Notes: generated by a model not told the origin, from the sequence alone. 64,000 nt of DNA from Elusimicrobiota bacterium (GCA_044221725.1 JBGAON010000005.1:128001-192000); one strand, 5' to 3'; positions 42,501 to 57,500 are shown, counted from the first letter of the stretch. Numbers and translations are program-made.

Positions 42501-45500
42501 AGACTCGACGAACCGGCGGACGTGCCCGGCTGGGCCATGTCGCAGCTTGGTCCTGAGAAATTGAAAGAGCGCGGAGTCGATGTCGAAGCGCTCGTTCAAC
42601 GCCTGCGCGAAATGCCCAAAGATCGGTTCATCGTTGAATGGCAAGTGAACCGCGCGTTTGGCCTCAAGCGCGGCATTGAATATTTGCGCAGCATCGGCAA
42701 CAACGCCGCGGCCGACGCTGCTCAGAAAGATTTGGAAAAAATGACGAATTTCTTGTTGTCGCTGGGGATGGCGTACGCGTACGAGCGTGACCTGAACAAT
42801 CCTGACAAATGGGTTCCGGCGCTCGGCAAGAGCATGGATTGGGGGGTCACGACACAGAGCGGCACCGAGAGCAACACAACGCGTGTTGCGCTCGAAGCGC
42901 TTGCGCGCGGTACCGATCCGATGCGTACGTTGCCGGACGAAGCTTATGTAAAGGCGCGCGCGTCCGTTCCGAAAGACAATCCGGCGCGAAAACCTTATTT
43001 CGGTCGCGGCACCGGTCCCACCTGGCGTACGAAAGAAGCGAGCCGCGATTTGTGGTTCGCCGATGCGCGCGCGAACGCGGCCAAGCAATTGTTGAAGCCC
43101 GACAACAATGTGTTGGCATTTATTCTGCCCGAAAAAATCGGCGATCCGGTTGAGAAAATTGAATATGCGGGCGCCGCCTCACAGGACAAGTTGCCGCCGA
43201 TCGCGTTCAAAACCATTTGGTTGAGCGCTGCTCCGTCGTGGGCAAAATTCGATGCGGACGGTTGGGCTCTGGCGCCGGAAAATCTGTACCAAGCGGGCTA
43301 CCGCGCAATTCAGCGGGATGAAAACGGTCGGCTTTATTTGTGGCGCCTTGGCGTCGACGTCGGAGAGGAAGCGCAACTCGAGAGAAACGAGGGAATTATT
43401 GAGATGCGCGAATGGGTTCGCGGAAAGACGCGGCCGGGCCGTCAAATTTTTGTTGATCCGGAATCCGGGCGAACGAACTTTAATTGGTTCGCAAAACGCG
43501 ACACCGGCTATCTGTATCTGCTCATGCAAATCACGGGCGGCATCATCGTTAATGAATCACAGGCACGCGGGAACAATATCACGACGAGCATTGGAGCGTT
43601 CATTCTGCGGGAGCAGTTGATCGCCGATCTCGAAACGCGACGCACCGTGGAAGCGGTTGCCAAAAAGGTGACCGATCCTATTTTGCGCGCGACGCTGCTC
43701 GATACGCTCGCTCGCGGGGCGCGCACCGAAGACGATCCGGCGCTGCGTGCATTATCGCTCCGAATGGCGCAGGTATCGCACGACGAAGAATTTGTTCGCT
43801 TGCGGCGCTTGTTGCGCGCCGACCCGAAACTTCGTGCGGGTTCCGCGGAGCTCGAACGCTACAACGACGTTCGCGCTCAGGTGATGGACCGGCTCACCGA
43901 AGTTTATGCCACGTATCGCAACGCGCGCCGCGCTATTTTCGCGTTGAACGATGTTGAAGCGCGGCTCGGCGATCGTCGGAATGCCGCGGATCTAAAAGTC
44001 ATCAGCGATGCAAAGAATCAATTGTGGATTTCGGCGAACGGCAAGAGAGAAATTTTTGTGTTCGGAAAAGAAAACGTGATGGCCGCCGAACGGCTTCTGC
44101 CAATGCTCGCGGAGCCAGCGAAAGCGGAGTTGCAGCGCAAGATCGATTTCGCGAAGCAGCATGGGCTCGACCTCGAAACCCCGGTTTTGAAAATTGGCCC
44201 GCGCACGTTTGGGTTGCCGAGACAAACGGCGTTTGATCGCATTTATTTTGACCGTATTGATGCGAACGCTATTTCAATTTGGCTGAACGCTATGGCCGAG
44301 TTGGATCCGGCGAAGCAAGAGCAGCTCCGCCAAGAATACGAATGGGCACGTCGAACAATGACCGCGCGTTGGGACAAAGCCGGCTTCGTGATGATTCCGG
44401 GAGCGATTGCGACCGAAGAACGCGCCGCGCTCGCGCAAATGGCCGATGATGGCGTCGTGCGCGCCACGGAGAAACAGCCCCGTATTGTCGGAAGCGAGCC
44501 GATTTATCCGATGTCTCTCGAAGGCAAAGTGGAAGCCGTTGAAGAAATCCTTCCGCAAGACCGACGAATTGAAGGGAACACATGGGTTCGCATCACGCGC
44601 GCGAAGTTGCCGCCGGTGCTCGGTGTGCGCAGCCCGCGCGGAGAAATCATCGCGGTCATTCGGTCCAACGAGTTCGGAAAACTCAAGGTAAACGGTCGTC
44701 CACTCGAAGAGTTGAGATTTCCGCTGAACGAAATTACCAGCGTCTCCGGCGACGGCCTCTATTTAACGATGAACGAATTCGATCCGGTGCGCGGCCGCTT
44801 CGCTGGATATTCTACGTATCACTTTGGCGCCAACGAATCGAACTTTGCGGCGAAAGGCTTCATGACCACGGTGGGCCGGGCGTTGGTGGCAAGAAATCCG
44901 CTGACCCGCGTCGAATTGACCGCCAATCCGAACATCGCGAGCGAAATCACGGCCCGTGTTCGTTCGAACAACGGTGACAGCTGGGTCGATACCTACAGTT
45001 ATCCAACGTTCCAGGATCCGGAATCGAGAATCAAAGAACGCGTTTATCCGACGGGCCGTGTCGAGAAATACAGCGACTATCGGTTCAATGCCGTAACGGG
45101 CCAATGGGTCGCGGGTCGCACCGAGATCTATCAAGCGGGCGCCTTGAAATCCGTGAAGCTTGTGACCGGCATCGACGAACGAGGTCGTGTTTCCATTGAA
45201 GAACAAACGGTGCTCATGCGGCCCAAAGCCGGCAACGCGAAAGAATACGAACCGCGATTTGTTCCGACGCGCCGCGACCTCATGGACGGCCCGCATTTGG
45301 TAATGCGCGATGATCTCTCGAAAAACGAGCGCACCATTTACAATCTCGAACGCGAAAAAGAATACGAGCGTGCCGGATTCCGAGTGGAAGTGCCCGCGGA
45401 AGCCTTCGAACTGAGAAACGGCGCCGTCGGGAACAAAGTCGCTGACTTCACGGTGAGCGTGGAAGAATCAAACGCCGTGCTCGCGTCGGTCACGATCACG

Positions 45501-48500
45501 CGCACCACCGTGAACGGGAAAGAACAAGAGGTCGATGTGTATGTTCGGTCGCCGGCGAATTATTCCGACGGCAATGGTCAGCCCATGGCGACGCGCCTCA
45601 AACACAAATACGTCATCGCTCGAGCGGATCGCTCCGCCAGCGGCTTGGGCCCAATTCTTTCGCGCACGCACGAAGAAGTGTTCTACGAAGACGAAGCGGC
45701 GCGCATTCCGGATTTCTTGCTTAAAGCCGTCAGCGAAATGAAGCGAAAAAACACGGGTCGTGCGTCGGAAGTGGGGCGCGTGGTGCGGCTTTTGCAGGCC
45801 GACGGTCGCAATATTATCGATGCGGACGGTGTCGCGCCGGTGGTGCGTCATTCGGTCAATCTTGGTTTCGACTATTCGATGTTCAATGACAAAAACGTTC
45901 ATGCGCGTTTGTCCGGCAGTGTTGCGAGCGTTCGTGTCGATCATGCGAAAGACACCAGCGGACGTTGGTACACGAGGAAGCCGATGATTGAGTTTTATCA
46001 AGGCGAGATGAACGTGGCCCGGTTGGACCGCGAAAAGGGAGTGGCTTCGTTCAAACGGTCCGAAGGTGAAATCAACGATCCACAAAAATTTCCAGACCGT
46101 GAAAGAGCCGGTTGGGACGATTTTGAATTTAAAGCAGCGGACAAAAATTCCGCCGGCGATATCGGTGATCTCAAGTATTACAGTATCGATGCACAGATTT
46201 TCGATCTGCTAGCAAACCCGAATTCTATTCCGGCCGCGAAGCGTGCGTTTCAGTCTTATCAGTTGAACCGGCTGACACAAAATTTCCAGTGGAACGAAAC
46301 GGTGATCATGGACGAATGGGGGCATGCGCTCGCGTACATTCGTCCGGATCCGCTGTACTTCGATATCAACCGTCGTGTGATCGCGATCAATGGATACGAC
46401 GGCAAACAAGAAAACGTCGAGACCGGGAACGTGCGCGAGACAATCGTGCGAGCCTACGATCAGATTTCGAAATCCATTGGTTTGGAAGACCTTGGAAAAG
46501 CGACCGCGCAATTACCGAATGGCATTATTAATTTCAACAATCCAAACGTGGCGGGCTTGAACGAAAAAGGCGTGTCGCTTTTTGAAATTGTGGACTACCG
46601 AAGCGCCAAGAGGTTTTTCGCGTTCTTTGACACGTTGCACGAAAATTCGTCGATCGCGCGCATTGAAGGCGATGGTGCGCGAAATTTGCGGCGCATTATT
46701 CTTCCGCGATACAAAATCGATGTGCCGGCAAACGAGCGGGATAAATTCAACATCCTCGGCGATCTCGAGGCCACGGGCGAGCGTACGTTCGAAATGGATA
46801 ACGGAACCGTTGGCAACCAAACGTATCGTTCGCGTGTGGTGCTCGACAGAAACTTAATTCCGCGGTTGATTGCACAAATGGAAAACGAGGGACTGAACCT
46901 CGTAGCGAAAGCGATTCAGGGACCGCAAGTCCTCGCGTACGAAGTGGAGTCGCTACAAAAACCAAATCCGCAGGACCCGAACGCCGAACAGAAGGTGATG
47001 TCGAAATTTACGGCCATCTTCAATAAATTCCAACAGCACGTGAAGATCGACCAGCGGCCGAACGAGCAGCGCCTCATGCGCACAAACATCAATTTTGCGT
47101 TTTTCGATCCGGAGCGTCCGTGGGTGGACTTGGGCGGGATCAGTTACGACTATCGGGGCGACAAAATCGGAGAGGCGGTCGGCTTGTCCGTGACGCTAAA
47201 ACCCGGTGATTCGCGTTACGATATTCCGGGCACAAAACGCGTCATGGTGCGCACACTGGGGCTCAAGTCCGGATTCATCGAACATCGTTCGAACGACGAC
47301 GGTGTGGTGGAAGCACAAGATACGGGGGAATTCGTTTTTCCGCGCGAAGGAACCAATAATTATGACGAGCTATACGCACGCGTGTTTGAAGAGCGCTCCC
47401 GCATCACGCTCGAATCGTTGAAAACAGGAAAATGGGAAGAAGCGCAACGCGCCGCCGAAAACGATTACCGGTATTACGCGCGCCTCGCTTTTGACTTCAA
47501 ACCGTACAGGAATTTCACGGCCTCGCATTTGCGTCAGCTTGGTGCCGCCTATCAAACGAAGGCGTTTCTTTATTCGAACAACGTGCTGTCACCGTTCGCG
47601 AGCAGCACTTCAACGATGATCAATATTATGACCGACGATGCGCTCGGTTTTCTTGTGGAATCGTTCCGGATGGGAACCGGTATCTATCGAGGCGAAGAAC
47701 TTATCACGACGCGCAAAGAAACCATTGTGAACGGCGACAAAGTTATGGTGTCGCATGGTCGGTGGAAAACCGGCGCCGTTAAACCCGAAGGGGTTTCGTT
47801 GGAGAAGTGGGTCGCTGACAACTTCGTGGAGCGGTTGCGGTTCTTCTCGTTCATTGATCCGACGTATCCGGGTTCGTTGGCGCACCACGGAATCGCGAAC
47901 ATAACCGCGGTGTTCCGCGCAAGCGAGAAAGGTCTTGTGATGTCCTCGCGCGCAAACTCCACGAGACTTCTTCCGAACGGCGACGTGTTCTTCGGAACGT
48001 TGCGCGGCGTTAGCGATGTTGCACTCCCGGCGGATCTCACGCCATTCCAATTGTTGGAATACGCGCGGAAAAATGTGCCGACGCTGCCGATAACACCAAT
48101 TGCAATCGAAGGTGAAAGAAAAGACGCTCTTGGGCGCTTGAAGGCGAAATTCAGCGGATACCAAGAAGCCAATGAAAAAGGTTACCCGAGCGATCTCACC
48201 GCTCCACAACGCGTGGTGTTCTTGGAATATCCGGTGGACATCAAAGATTTCGGTTCGGTGTTTGCGTGGCACGAACTTTTGTCCGACCGCGGAATCGAGT
48301 ACGAATTCAGCCGGGGTAAATTCAATCGCGAAGCTTATGGCGACAGTCGTCGCCTGGATACATTTAGCAATCTTCGCATTGTGAACACGCGCGTCGACGG
48401 CGTCGTCCATCGTGTGTTGAATTACACGGTGGACAGTCGACGGTCCGGCGGCGCGATCCTTGAAAAAGAAGTGAACCTCGATGGTTTGCCCGAGGACGAC

Positions 48501-51500
48501 ATTTACGCGGGCGAATTTGGCATCGATTCGCGCAACCTCATTTATTACGGTCTCGATCAATTGCCGGCGCGCAGCATCGGAAAAACGGGAGAACGCGAAA
48601 GCTTGCGTCATTTGTTCCAGTACGCGACGCTCGAAAAAAATGGGCACAAATACCTAATTACCCGAACGTTGGACCTCACGCGCAATCCCGCATTGGAGCG
48701 GATTTATCCGGACGACATGGAAGTTCGGCGCGACGGTATCGTGATCTACAAACGCGTGAATGGACAGATCTCACCGTACGAAGACAATCTCGTTCTCGAC
48801 CCGCGCAACGAATTCAATCGCAGCCTGGTTGCAAAATTGTTTGGCCAATGGTTGCGCCCGTCGTGGGCAAAGGAAGCGGAGCGTTTGATCGCGGAAGCCG
48901 ACGCGAACGGTTTGTTCGAGTTCACCGAAGGCTCGCGCCAATATATTCGGGAGTCCGGAAAGAATTTCGGTCAACTTAAAGGCGCCGCGCAGCTCGCTTA
49001 TTACGAAAAAGGCATTCACTTGAACGCCATTTTTGCATTGGCCATTTCCAGCATGCTCGCGTTTGGTGTGTTCATGTGGAAATATTTCTTGCCGTGGCGT
49101 GCGTTTCGGCGCGCGCCGTTCCGAGCGAACGGAATGTCCAAGGCCGAAGTGGGACAATTTTTGTCGCCGACCGACACGGCGGCGTACATTTCGTTCCGTA
49201 ACCGCGTCGGATTTATAAATGAGACCGACAAAGAAGCACTGCGCCGCGTGATGAAGCACAGTCGCGATAAAGCCACGTTCGAAAAATTCTGGAACCGGTT
49301 GTCGTTCCACGAAGGTGGGAACGTCACACCGACTTACAAAGCCGCGTTGCGCGTGACGACCGCCGCACTCGAGGCGACCAATTTCCGGACGGAAGGAACC
49401 GAATTGGGCCAAGCGAGCGACGTGTTAGGGCCGATCATGGCGCCGATTCACAGTTTTGTTGATAACAGATTCCTCTCCGCCCGGCAGATTGCAACGATCA
49501 TTAACGATGTTGCCGATCGTGCAACCAATGGCGGAGTTAATCGCGTCCAACTGCGCGAGCGCATTTTGCAACAACTGATCAAGAACGCGTATTTCAATGA
49601 TTTCGGAATGAAAGAAAGCGTGAAAGAAGTTTTCCGTGTTGAAATTCGAAAACTGTTTGAAGCCTCGGGTTTTCGGCTCGGTGAGTTCGACACGGAATAT
49701 TACGTGGAACATGCGATCGCCGAATTGGGTGCGGTTCCGATGGATTACGTGGCCGCTGCTTATGTGGCCGACGATTCTCCAAACAAAGAATTGGTTACCG
49801 CAAAGAACACGTCCAAGTTCATCAAAAATATTTTTATCGCGGAAAACCGGCGCTTGTGGCGTCCGGAAGATGAGAATGAATCGACGCGAAATCATGGTCA
49901 GTCGGTATTGGGCTGGGGGGCAACGACGCTCGAAGAATATGTGCTCTTAAACACGATTGTGCCGCGGTTCATTCCGGTCATGAACACAAACACGCCGGCG
50001 GCTCACTACTACGCGAATCAAATTTTGCAAAAGATTCGCAGCGGAGCTTCGCACGAGAATATTCAACAGTTCATGAAACGCCACGAGCGGTTCTGGTACC
50101 AGGTTCATAAAGACCAAATGACCGTTCGCCTTGAAACGAATCGCGACATGCGTATTCCCGGGTTGTCCTATGAAAACGACACCGAAAAGACCTGGACATT
50201 CTTGGCAACGTGGGACGAATTCAATGAATTCTTCCGTTACCTGCAGTGGGGTTCGGACATGACGCTTGATGGTCGGTTGCCTGAGAATCTGCGGAACGAT
50301 GCGGCGTTCATCCGTCGTTTCCGCGAGAACCAGACGCGCGCAGGGGAATTGCTTCGAAAGGTGAGTGACGGTGAATTTGATTTCGGACGTCCCCAGGCGA
50401 ATTTGCGTTCGGACGTAATTCAGCGCGCGGTCAACGACGGCATGCGCCCGCTCGTGCGCGATACACAAAACGCACTGAACATTCCGCGTTACGATTCAGA
50501 GGGCAACGAGAATGACACGATCGCCTATGTTTATAAACTAATCACGGATCCGCGCGTGTGGCGCGCACCGACGATGGCGCGACTTGTGAAAACCGTTTTC
50601 ACGGCCGGCTTGGCCGCGTTCATGATTCAGGTCGGTGTCGAGCTTCCGTATGTCGGCGGCGTGGTGGCGCTCGCGTTCGCGTTAAGCCAGGTTCATTACA
50701 CGCGGTTCGTTACATCATCGAATGTTGGCGTGATTCGCCAGGTTTTATCGTGGGGGGCACTGGCGGTTGTAGCGTTCCTCCTATTATTAGGCCCCGGTTT
50801 GGCCTTTGTCGGTTACGATTTCGCAACCACGTTCCCCATCATGGGAATTGATACTTCGGTTAAAGATGTGATGTTGACGGTTGGTACCGCGGCCATCGTT
50901 CCGTTCCTCATGGGTATCTATATGAACAAGACCGTGTACCCGGGTCGCCAAGGCAAAGACACTCTTCGCAACATGCGCGCTGCGTTCTTCTGGTCAATGG
51001 TCACCGTAATTTCTCTAGCGTTTGCGTTCTTTGTGTGCGCGTTTTTGGTTGTCACCATTGTGTTTATGCCGGTTCCGTTTGAAGTGAGCGGCCTCGGTGT
51101 GCTCGCGCCGTGGACGCGCGTCGGATTTTTGATGCTTGGCATGGGCCCTCTGCGCGATATGTTTTTCCTTACGTATTTCGGTGTCGCGAATTTGCTGAAA
51201 GGTATCGTGCGCATTTATGTGCTTCGCGAATACGAATTTGCGAAAGCGCGCACGTACGACACGAACGCGCATGGGTGGCAAAAAATCTATCGCGTGCTTC
51301 CTCCCGCGCGCGCGGTGTTCCTAGCTTCGGCTGTGGCGCTTGCCGTTACAACGGTTGTGCTGGCGGTCGGCGGAACGTTGGCGCCGCTTTACGTGGCGTT
51401 GGGGCTCGTCGTAGCCGCGGTGGTTTTCATGTCGTCCATCGGAATGCAGGACCACAGCAAAGGCGCCGTGCAACTGGTGCCCCAAATGGTCGCCAACGAC

Positions 51501-54500
51501 CCGGAAATTCTCACGGTGATTCGCGAGGTGTTCTTGCCAGATTGGCTCGGCGAAGCGTATTTGACCCGACAGGAACACGACCGAATCTTAAACGCCATCA
51601 ATGCGCTTCAACCGGAAGTTGAGCGTTTGCAAAATTCTCGAATCTTTGATGACTCCAACGAAGGGAACGGTTTGCTGCGCTTAATCAATAAAGACGTTCA
51701 TGCAAGCGCCGCAATGAAAAATCTCGTGGACGCGCTGAGCGAAAAAAATATTTCTCTGCCGGAGATGCGAGGTTTTATTCAAGACGTCGTGAACAAAGCG
51801 TTCCGCAAAGACATTCCGGCGGCCCCGAAGAATTTCGACGAACTTCGCTCGGTGACGTATCAGATCAGCGGATACAACGAGCCTCCCTATGTTTTATGGG
51901 AAGAGTTCAATAAGAAGACGAACGAACAAACGCAGTTCGGTATGTTGGCGGCGTCTTATCCGGAACAATTCGCGCTTCTGGTCAACAGACTTCAGTCGGA
52001 GGGTCTGTTGTCGCTTCAACAGCGACTGGATTTGGAATTCGCGAAAACGAAACCAAGCCATATTGTTAACACGTTGAAGCGGGGTGTGGACGACCAGGCG
52101 ATCAAGCAAATAGAACACTGGTTCAACATGCGTTCTCAAACAATCTACGCAAACTTTCAAGGTGCCGTGAAAGCGCGAGCGGTGTATTCCTATTACATTC
52201 GTAAGTTCTATCGCGAGAAAACTGGCTCCGATCCAGCCCCTGACGTTCTCAAGAAGCTGGTGGAACAGAAAGTGCAAGTCGTCATTAACCACACGATGGC
52301 CGCCGATGAATTTATTCGGTTCTTACGTGAAGCATTTAAAGGCAAGTCCTTTAACAACCATTCGTTGAACAATCTGTCACTGAACGAGTACATGGACCTC
52401 ATGAAACAAGGATTGGATTTCCCTGCGGAGACCAATAACAATAAATTGAAATCAGGGTTTCCATTCCCGGCGTGGAACCATTCGACGGCGAAGAGTTACA
52501 TGGATTTCCTTGTTAAAGAAAACGTCGATCTGCAATACGGTGCCCGCGCGCAAAAATCCGACGCACACCAAGAGAAATACGAAGGATGGATGCACACGGA
52601 CATGAACGTGCGTGGTGAAGTTGTCATTGCCTGCGACTTTGATATGCGCCACGACATTCAAGAAACATGGATGGTTCCGAACGTGGGCCGCGAATACGAC
52701 ATCGACCCAACGTTCGGTGTTGGTGTCTACTCCGGATACATCTTCACGGAACCGATTTCGCCGCAGGCGCTCGTGATGGCGAAGATGGAAATGGGCTGGT
52801 TACAGGGCGAGCAGCCGACGAAGCGCGAAATCGGCACTTTAGAAGCGTACGGAAAATTCACTTATCGTCGTCAGATGATCAGCAACCTGGAAGCGTTGCC
52901 CGCTCACCTCGTTGCCGAAGATGCGAAAACAGCCGAGCGCGTTTTGACTTTTGGAGGATCAACTGGGCACCTTAGTTACTACAAGCTCGGAAAAGGGCTC
53001 AGCAATCAATGGGGCGGTTCCTTAAATCCATTGCGCAAATGGTCCGGCGACGCGCCGGAGTCGATTTACTCTCCTTTGTTTGTGAAGTTTATGTTCAGCC
53101 CTTATCAGCACTGGACGGTGAAATTGGATGCGTTGATGAGCTATGCGTTTTATCTGAAGAAGCCATCGGTGTTTCGAACGACGATCAATGTTCTCGTGCT
53201 TTTCTATTTATTGAACTTCAATCCGTGGACCGGATTGCCTCTGACGATGTTCCTTTCAAGTTTGATCATTTCGCAAGCTATCGGTTACGGTGCGATGATG
53301 CTGTACGTGGAAAAACACGGCTGGATCAAAGGTGTCGCAATGTTCGCTCGCGACATGGTATGGCCAATTTTCCCGTTCGCAACCACGATCATTCCTCAAT
53401 ATTCCGACTCGGTAACGAAGGGATTTATGAAGAAGGCAAAATTCCTGCGCACCGGCGGTAAAGGTGGCGCGCTCGGCCGCTACGATTTCGAAGATCTTTT
53501 TATATTTATGCAATACGGCGTTTTCCCGGGCGTTATCATGACGTTCCTGGTCGGATTTGCATCGTTTGATGTTTTGAAATTTTCGATCTGGTTCCCACAG
53601 ATACTTATGGTGTCGTATGGGTTTTGGACCGCCGCGTTTCTGTTTAACTCAACGTTTGATCGGCAAACAGTTTGGACTCGTCTCGCTCGGTTTGTTTACG
53701 TTGGGGCATTGATTGCCGCGGTTGTCGTACCGCTGGTGTTGGATTTCCCAATTATTGCGATGCTCGCGCCGACGCTTGTGCTCATTTATTGGGTGGATGC
53801 GAAGGTATTTAAACAACGGACGCGCTGGCAAAACATCGGAGATATTTTCTGGCGTGCGCCCAAAGCAGTTTTAAAAGACGCACTTAACAATTCTACACGG
53901 TTGCTCGAAATAGTGACGCAACCGATCGCAACGGTCGTCGCTTTGCAACGAGCGATTCCTTTGCCATTCCGGATTACAACGTTGGGTTTAACTGCGGCGC
54001 TAATCGTCATTGTGAATCAGGCGACGTTCTACGTTTTTGCCGGTGTTCTGATTGCGCTTATCGTTGGTGGCGCTGTTTCGCCTCGCTTTGAAAGATGGCT
54101 GCACCGCCCAAGTTATTCGTGGTCGCGCCTTGCTGGAACGGACGAGGAAATCTATCGAAAATCTTTAATCGCCATAAAAATGGCGCAGTTGTTAAAAGTA
54201 AGCCCGCCGGATCTGGGTGTATTAAATAGCTTTGTCGGTCCTTACTTTGCACAGGGCGATGATGGCAACCGAAGAAACGATACTCCAGGGTTTTATAACT
54301 CTTTAGCATCGATGATGACGGGTCCGGCGCGACAAAATCCATCCAGGGTTCTGTTAGATAAAATCAGCCGGCACACCTCAAATGTCGAAAACCACGTTGC
54401 TGCTGTCGTTCCTCGTTACGATTTATATCGTTCCGCGTTTGATGACTTGAACGACTACCGCGGGCGAAATCCATCCGATAAAAATGGAATTGATCAACGA

Positions 54501-57500
54501 CAGAAACGCCTAAATGAAGTTATCAACGCGTATACGAATTATCAAACCGCCCAAAAGGAATTGGCGGATCTAAGGAAGAGCAACACACCAGACCAGGCCA
54601 AAGCAAACGAGCTACAAGAAAAGATCACAAGAAATGAAGGCATGCTTGGAAATAGCGGTGATTATAAACGCTTCGTAAGTTTAGCGGAATCAATTCTAAA
54701 TTTCGGTCCAACCGTTATTCCGACGAACGAACCGGTGTGGAACGATCGTTTGGAAGATTTGATTGAGGGCGGGAATGTGACCGTCGAGTCCGCGTGGGCG
54801 CGAATTTCGGCGAGCGAACGTCGGTCGCTGTTGGATATGCACGATAACGATTTGGGCCGCGCCCAAACTTATCTGTGGGACCGCTTGAGAAATTATATCG
54901 ATGCGCGCATTCGCATTGAGATTGAATACGTGTTGCTCGCCGACCATGCTTCGTTGCTGTCGGATGTGCGCGCTGAATTCATTCGTGTTCGTGCGCTCGG
55001 CGCGGAAAATCCCGATTTCAATCGTGAGCGACAGGCGTTATTGGACCGTATCGTGGAATCGGACGCGATGCGTCCATCAACGGAAATTTTGTTGAGTCTT
55101 TCGAACCCGGCCGACATTCAGCAAAGGATTTATCAAGCTCTGAATGATCTTGTGCCAGTCCCGGCAGCGCGTCAAGAACAACAAACTGTGGAACTGACGC
55201 CACTTCCGCCGCCACCGGCACCACCAACAGCGGAGCAAGTTGCCGCCCAGAATGCCGCTCAAGCAGCGCAGGCAGCGAAAGCCGCACGAAACAGAACGGC
55301 TGCGCGCGTTTTTGGTGTGCTGATCGAAAACCGGGAACGATTGCTGGGCCGGTACGGAAGCCGCCTGCGCCAGCTGAGCCGCGTGAACCCGTTGTCCGTG
55401 GATAGCAACGAAGTGAAATCGGTTCTGAACGCGATCGTGAAAGATTCTCGTTTCGCCCCAGCATGGCCGATTTATCTTGAGCTTTCGGGAAACAACGAAC
55501 AAGAAGCGCAGAAATTGTTGCTGAACGATGTCGTCACGCTCATCGATTTGCAAACGACCGCAGAAGCAGAATACGCAAGTGATCCTTTGGCGCTGAAAGA
55601 TTTGGCGCTCAGCGTTCAAGAGGAAGCGCTCATAATTAAGCGAAACGGTGGACTTTCGCAGGGAGACAAGCGCGCATTTGAACAGAGGGTTTTCCGGTTC
55701 CTTGGCGCGTCGGCGACAGAGATATTAAAGGACAAGAAAACAACGGTTGATGCTGCCACGCGGGTTTCTGACTACGAGATTGTGCAGAAGGCGTACGACG
55801 AAGCCGTCAAATTAGCGGAAGCGGACATCACAAAAGAAATCAATCCGCTCAAAGGCGACGCGTTCCGCCACCATCTCGAGAACAGTCGGTTGAATGCGGC
55901 GCTTCAAGACACAACCATCAGCGAATGGAAACGTTGGAATCTCCGTTCAAAACGCGACCGCGAGATCGCGGCGTTCGCTAGGGATTTCGTGAAACTGGTC
56001 AACGCGCAGAAACGGGTTTCGCCAGCGGCAACGGTGGCGCTCAAGGCGCGTTGGGAAAGCGAAGGTCTTAACGGTCGCGCACCGCCCAGCTCAGATATCG
56101 TTAAAGAGGCCTATTGGAAAATCCCGTCTTCTCTAAGAAAAACCTATTCCGAAGTTACCGGATTCAATCCATCCTCATCCGAACCAAGGGTCTCCGCGGT
56201 TGGAGTAAACGCCGATGCGATCGGCGATGACGTGGCCCGCCAACTGCTACGGGACGCGTACGACAGCAACTACGTTATTGAAGGCTCCAAAAATTCCGCT
56301 GGCGACGCGGAACTGGACCTAAACGAACAAAACAAAGCTATTGCTCAGCGTCTGATCGGTAGCGACGGCATGTCCGCTCTTAAAGCGGCGGTGGAACTTG
56401 CGCTATCCATTGTTGATAACGGTGATGACGATGGTTACCGCACCCGCGATCAGATAAAAGAAATCACAAAAGACGGTCGCGTCGTCTTTGTCTTCATCGA
56501 ATCGAATCACCCGACGTGGAAAAACAATTTCTTCCTTTGTTTCAATAGCTCGGACGAAAACATTCTTGCGCTTGGCGGCCGCGGATTGAACAAAGATCAG
56601 CGCAAAGCTTACGTGCCGGCGGCGCTTGTTGTCGGTCTCATGGGAATGCGTACGGCCCACGAAAACGGTTCCAAAACAAAGCTGAGCCGGCAAGAAATCG
56701 ATTTGGTGTTGCGCCTTATTGTGCGCCACGAACTTCAGCACGCGGCCGAAAAAGAAAAGGGGAATGCCACGTGGTTGAATCACGATGCCGAAGTCACGGA
56801 AATTCTGAATTTGCTCGCGAAGGGCGGCTTCTTCCCTGGCGCGAGCGCGCAGCCAGGCAATACGCCAGACGTTGCGAAAATAGCTGTGGTCGGCGGTCTT
56901 GTTGATGAGGCAAATAAAGACGGACGGATCGTGTCACTATTAGCGCCGGTGACCGCCGATTCTCCTGTTCGTTACCGTTACGCGAAAGCGGAACAAAACC
57001 TTAACGGCGCGCCGGATATTAATTTGGCGATTGAGCGCGTGTTCGAAATGCAACGCGAAGCCGTCAACACCGATTTCGACAACGCCGGTAAAGGAAAATA
57101 CTTCAAGATACTCGCGACCAGCGGTTCAATCCTCACGCGTCGCATAAAAGTTGGCGCCAATCAGTTCGTGCGGTTTGTTGTGAACATTGCGCGGCAATCG
57201 AAACCGGGCGGATTGGGGCTTTCGCCAGTTTGTTTCCTCTGTTGGAACACGGTTCGCACAAGCTTCCCGCACGAGTTCGGCATGGTGCTCGGAAACCTGC
57301 GAATTTATTTCAATCCCACCGCGGTGTGGCCGCCGACGGTGTTTGGTCCCGCGTCGGAACAGCCGCAAGCGCTCGTCGTGACATTGAATGATCAGGAGCA
57401 TCCGAGCGTTTCTCAAGGAAACATTAGTAAGGTGAACACACTTCAAGAGTTGCTCACGCAGTGGGTGCGCGCGAACCAATCCCCCAGTTTGCAAGATGCC

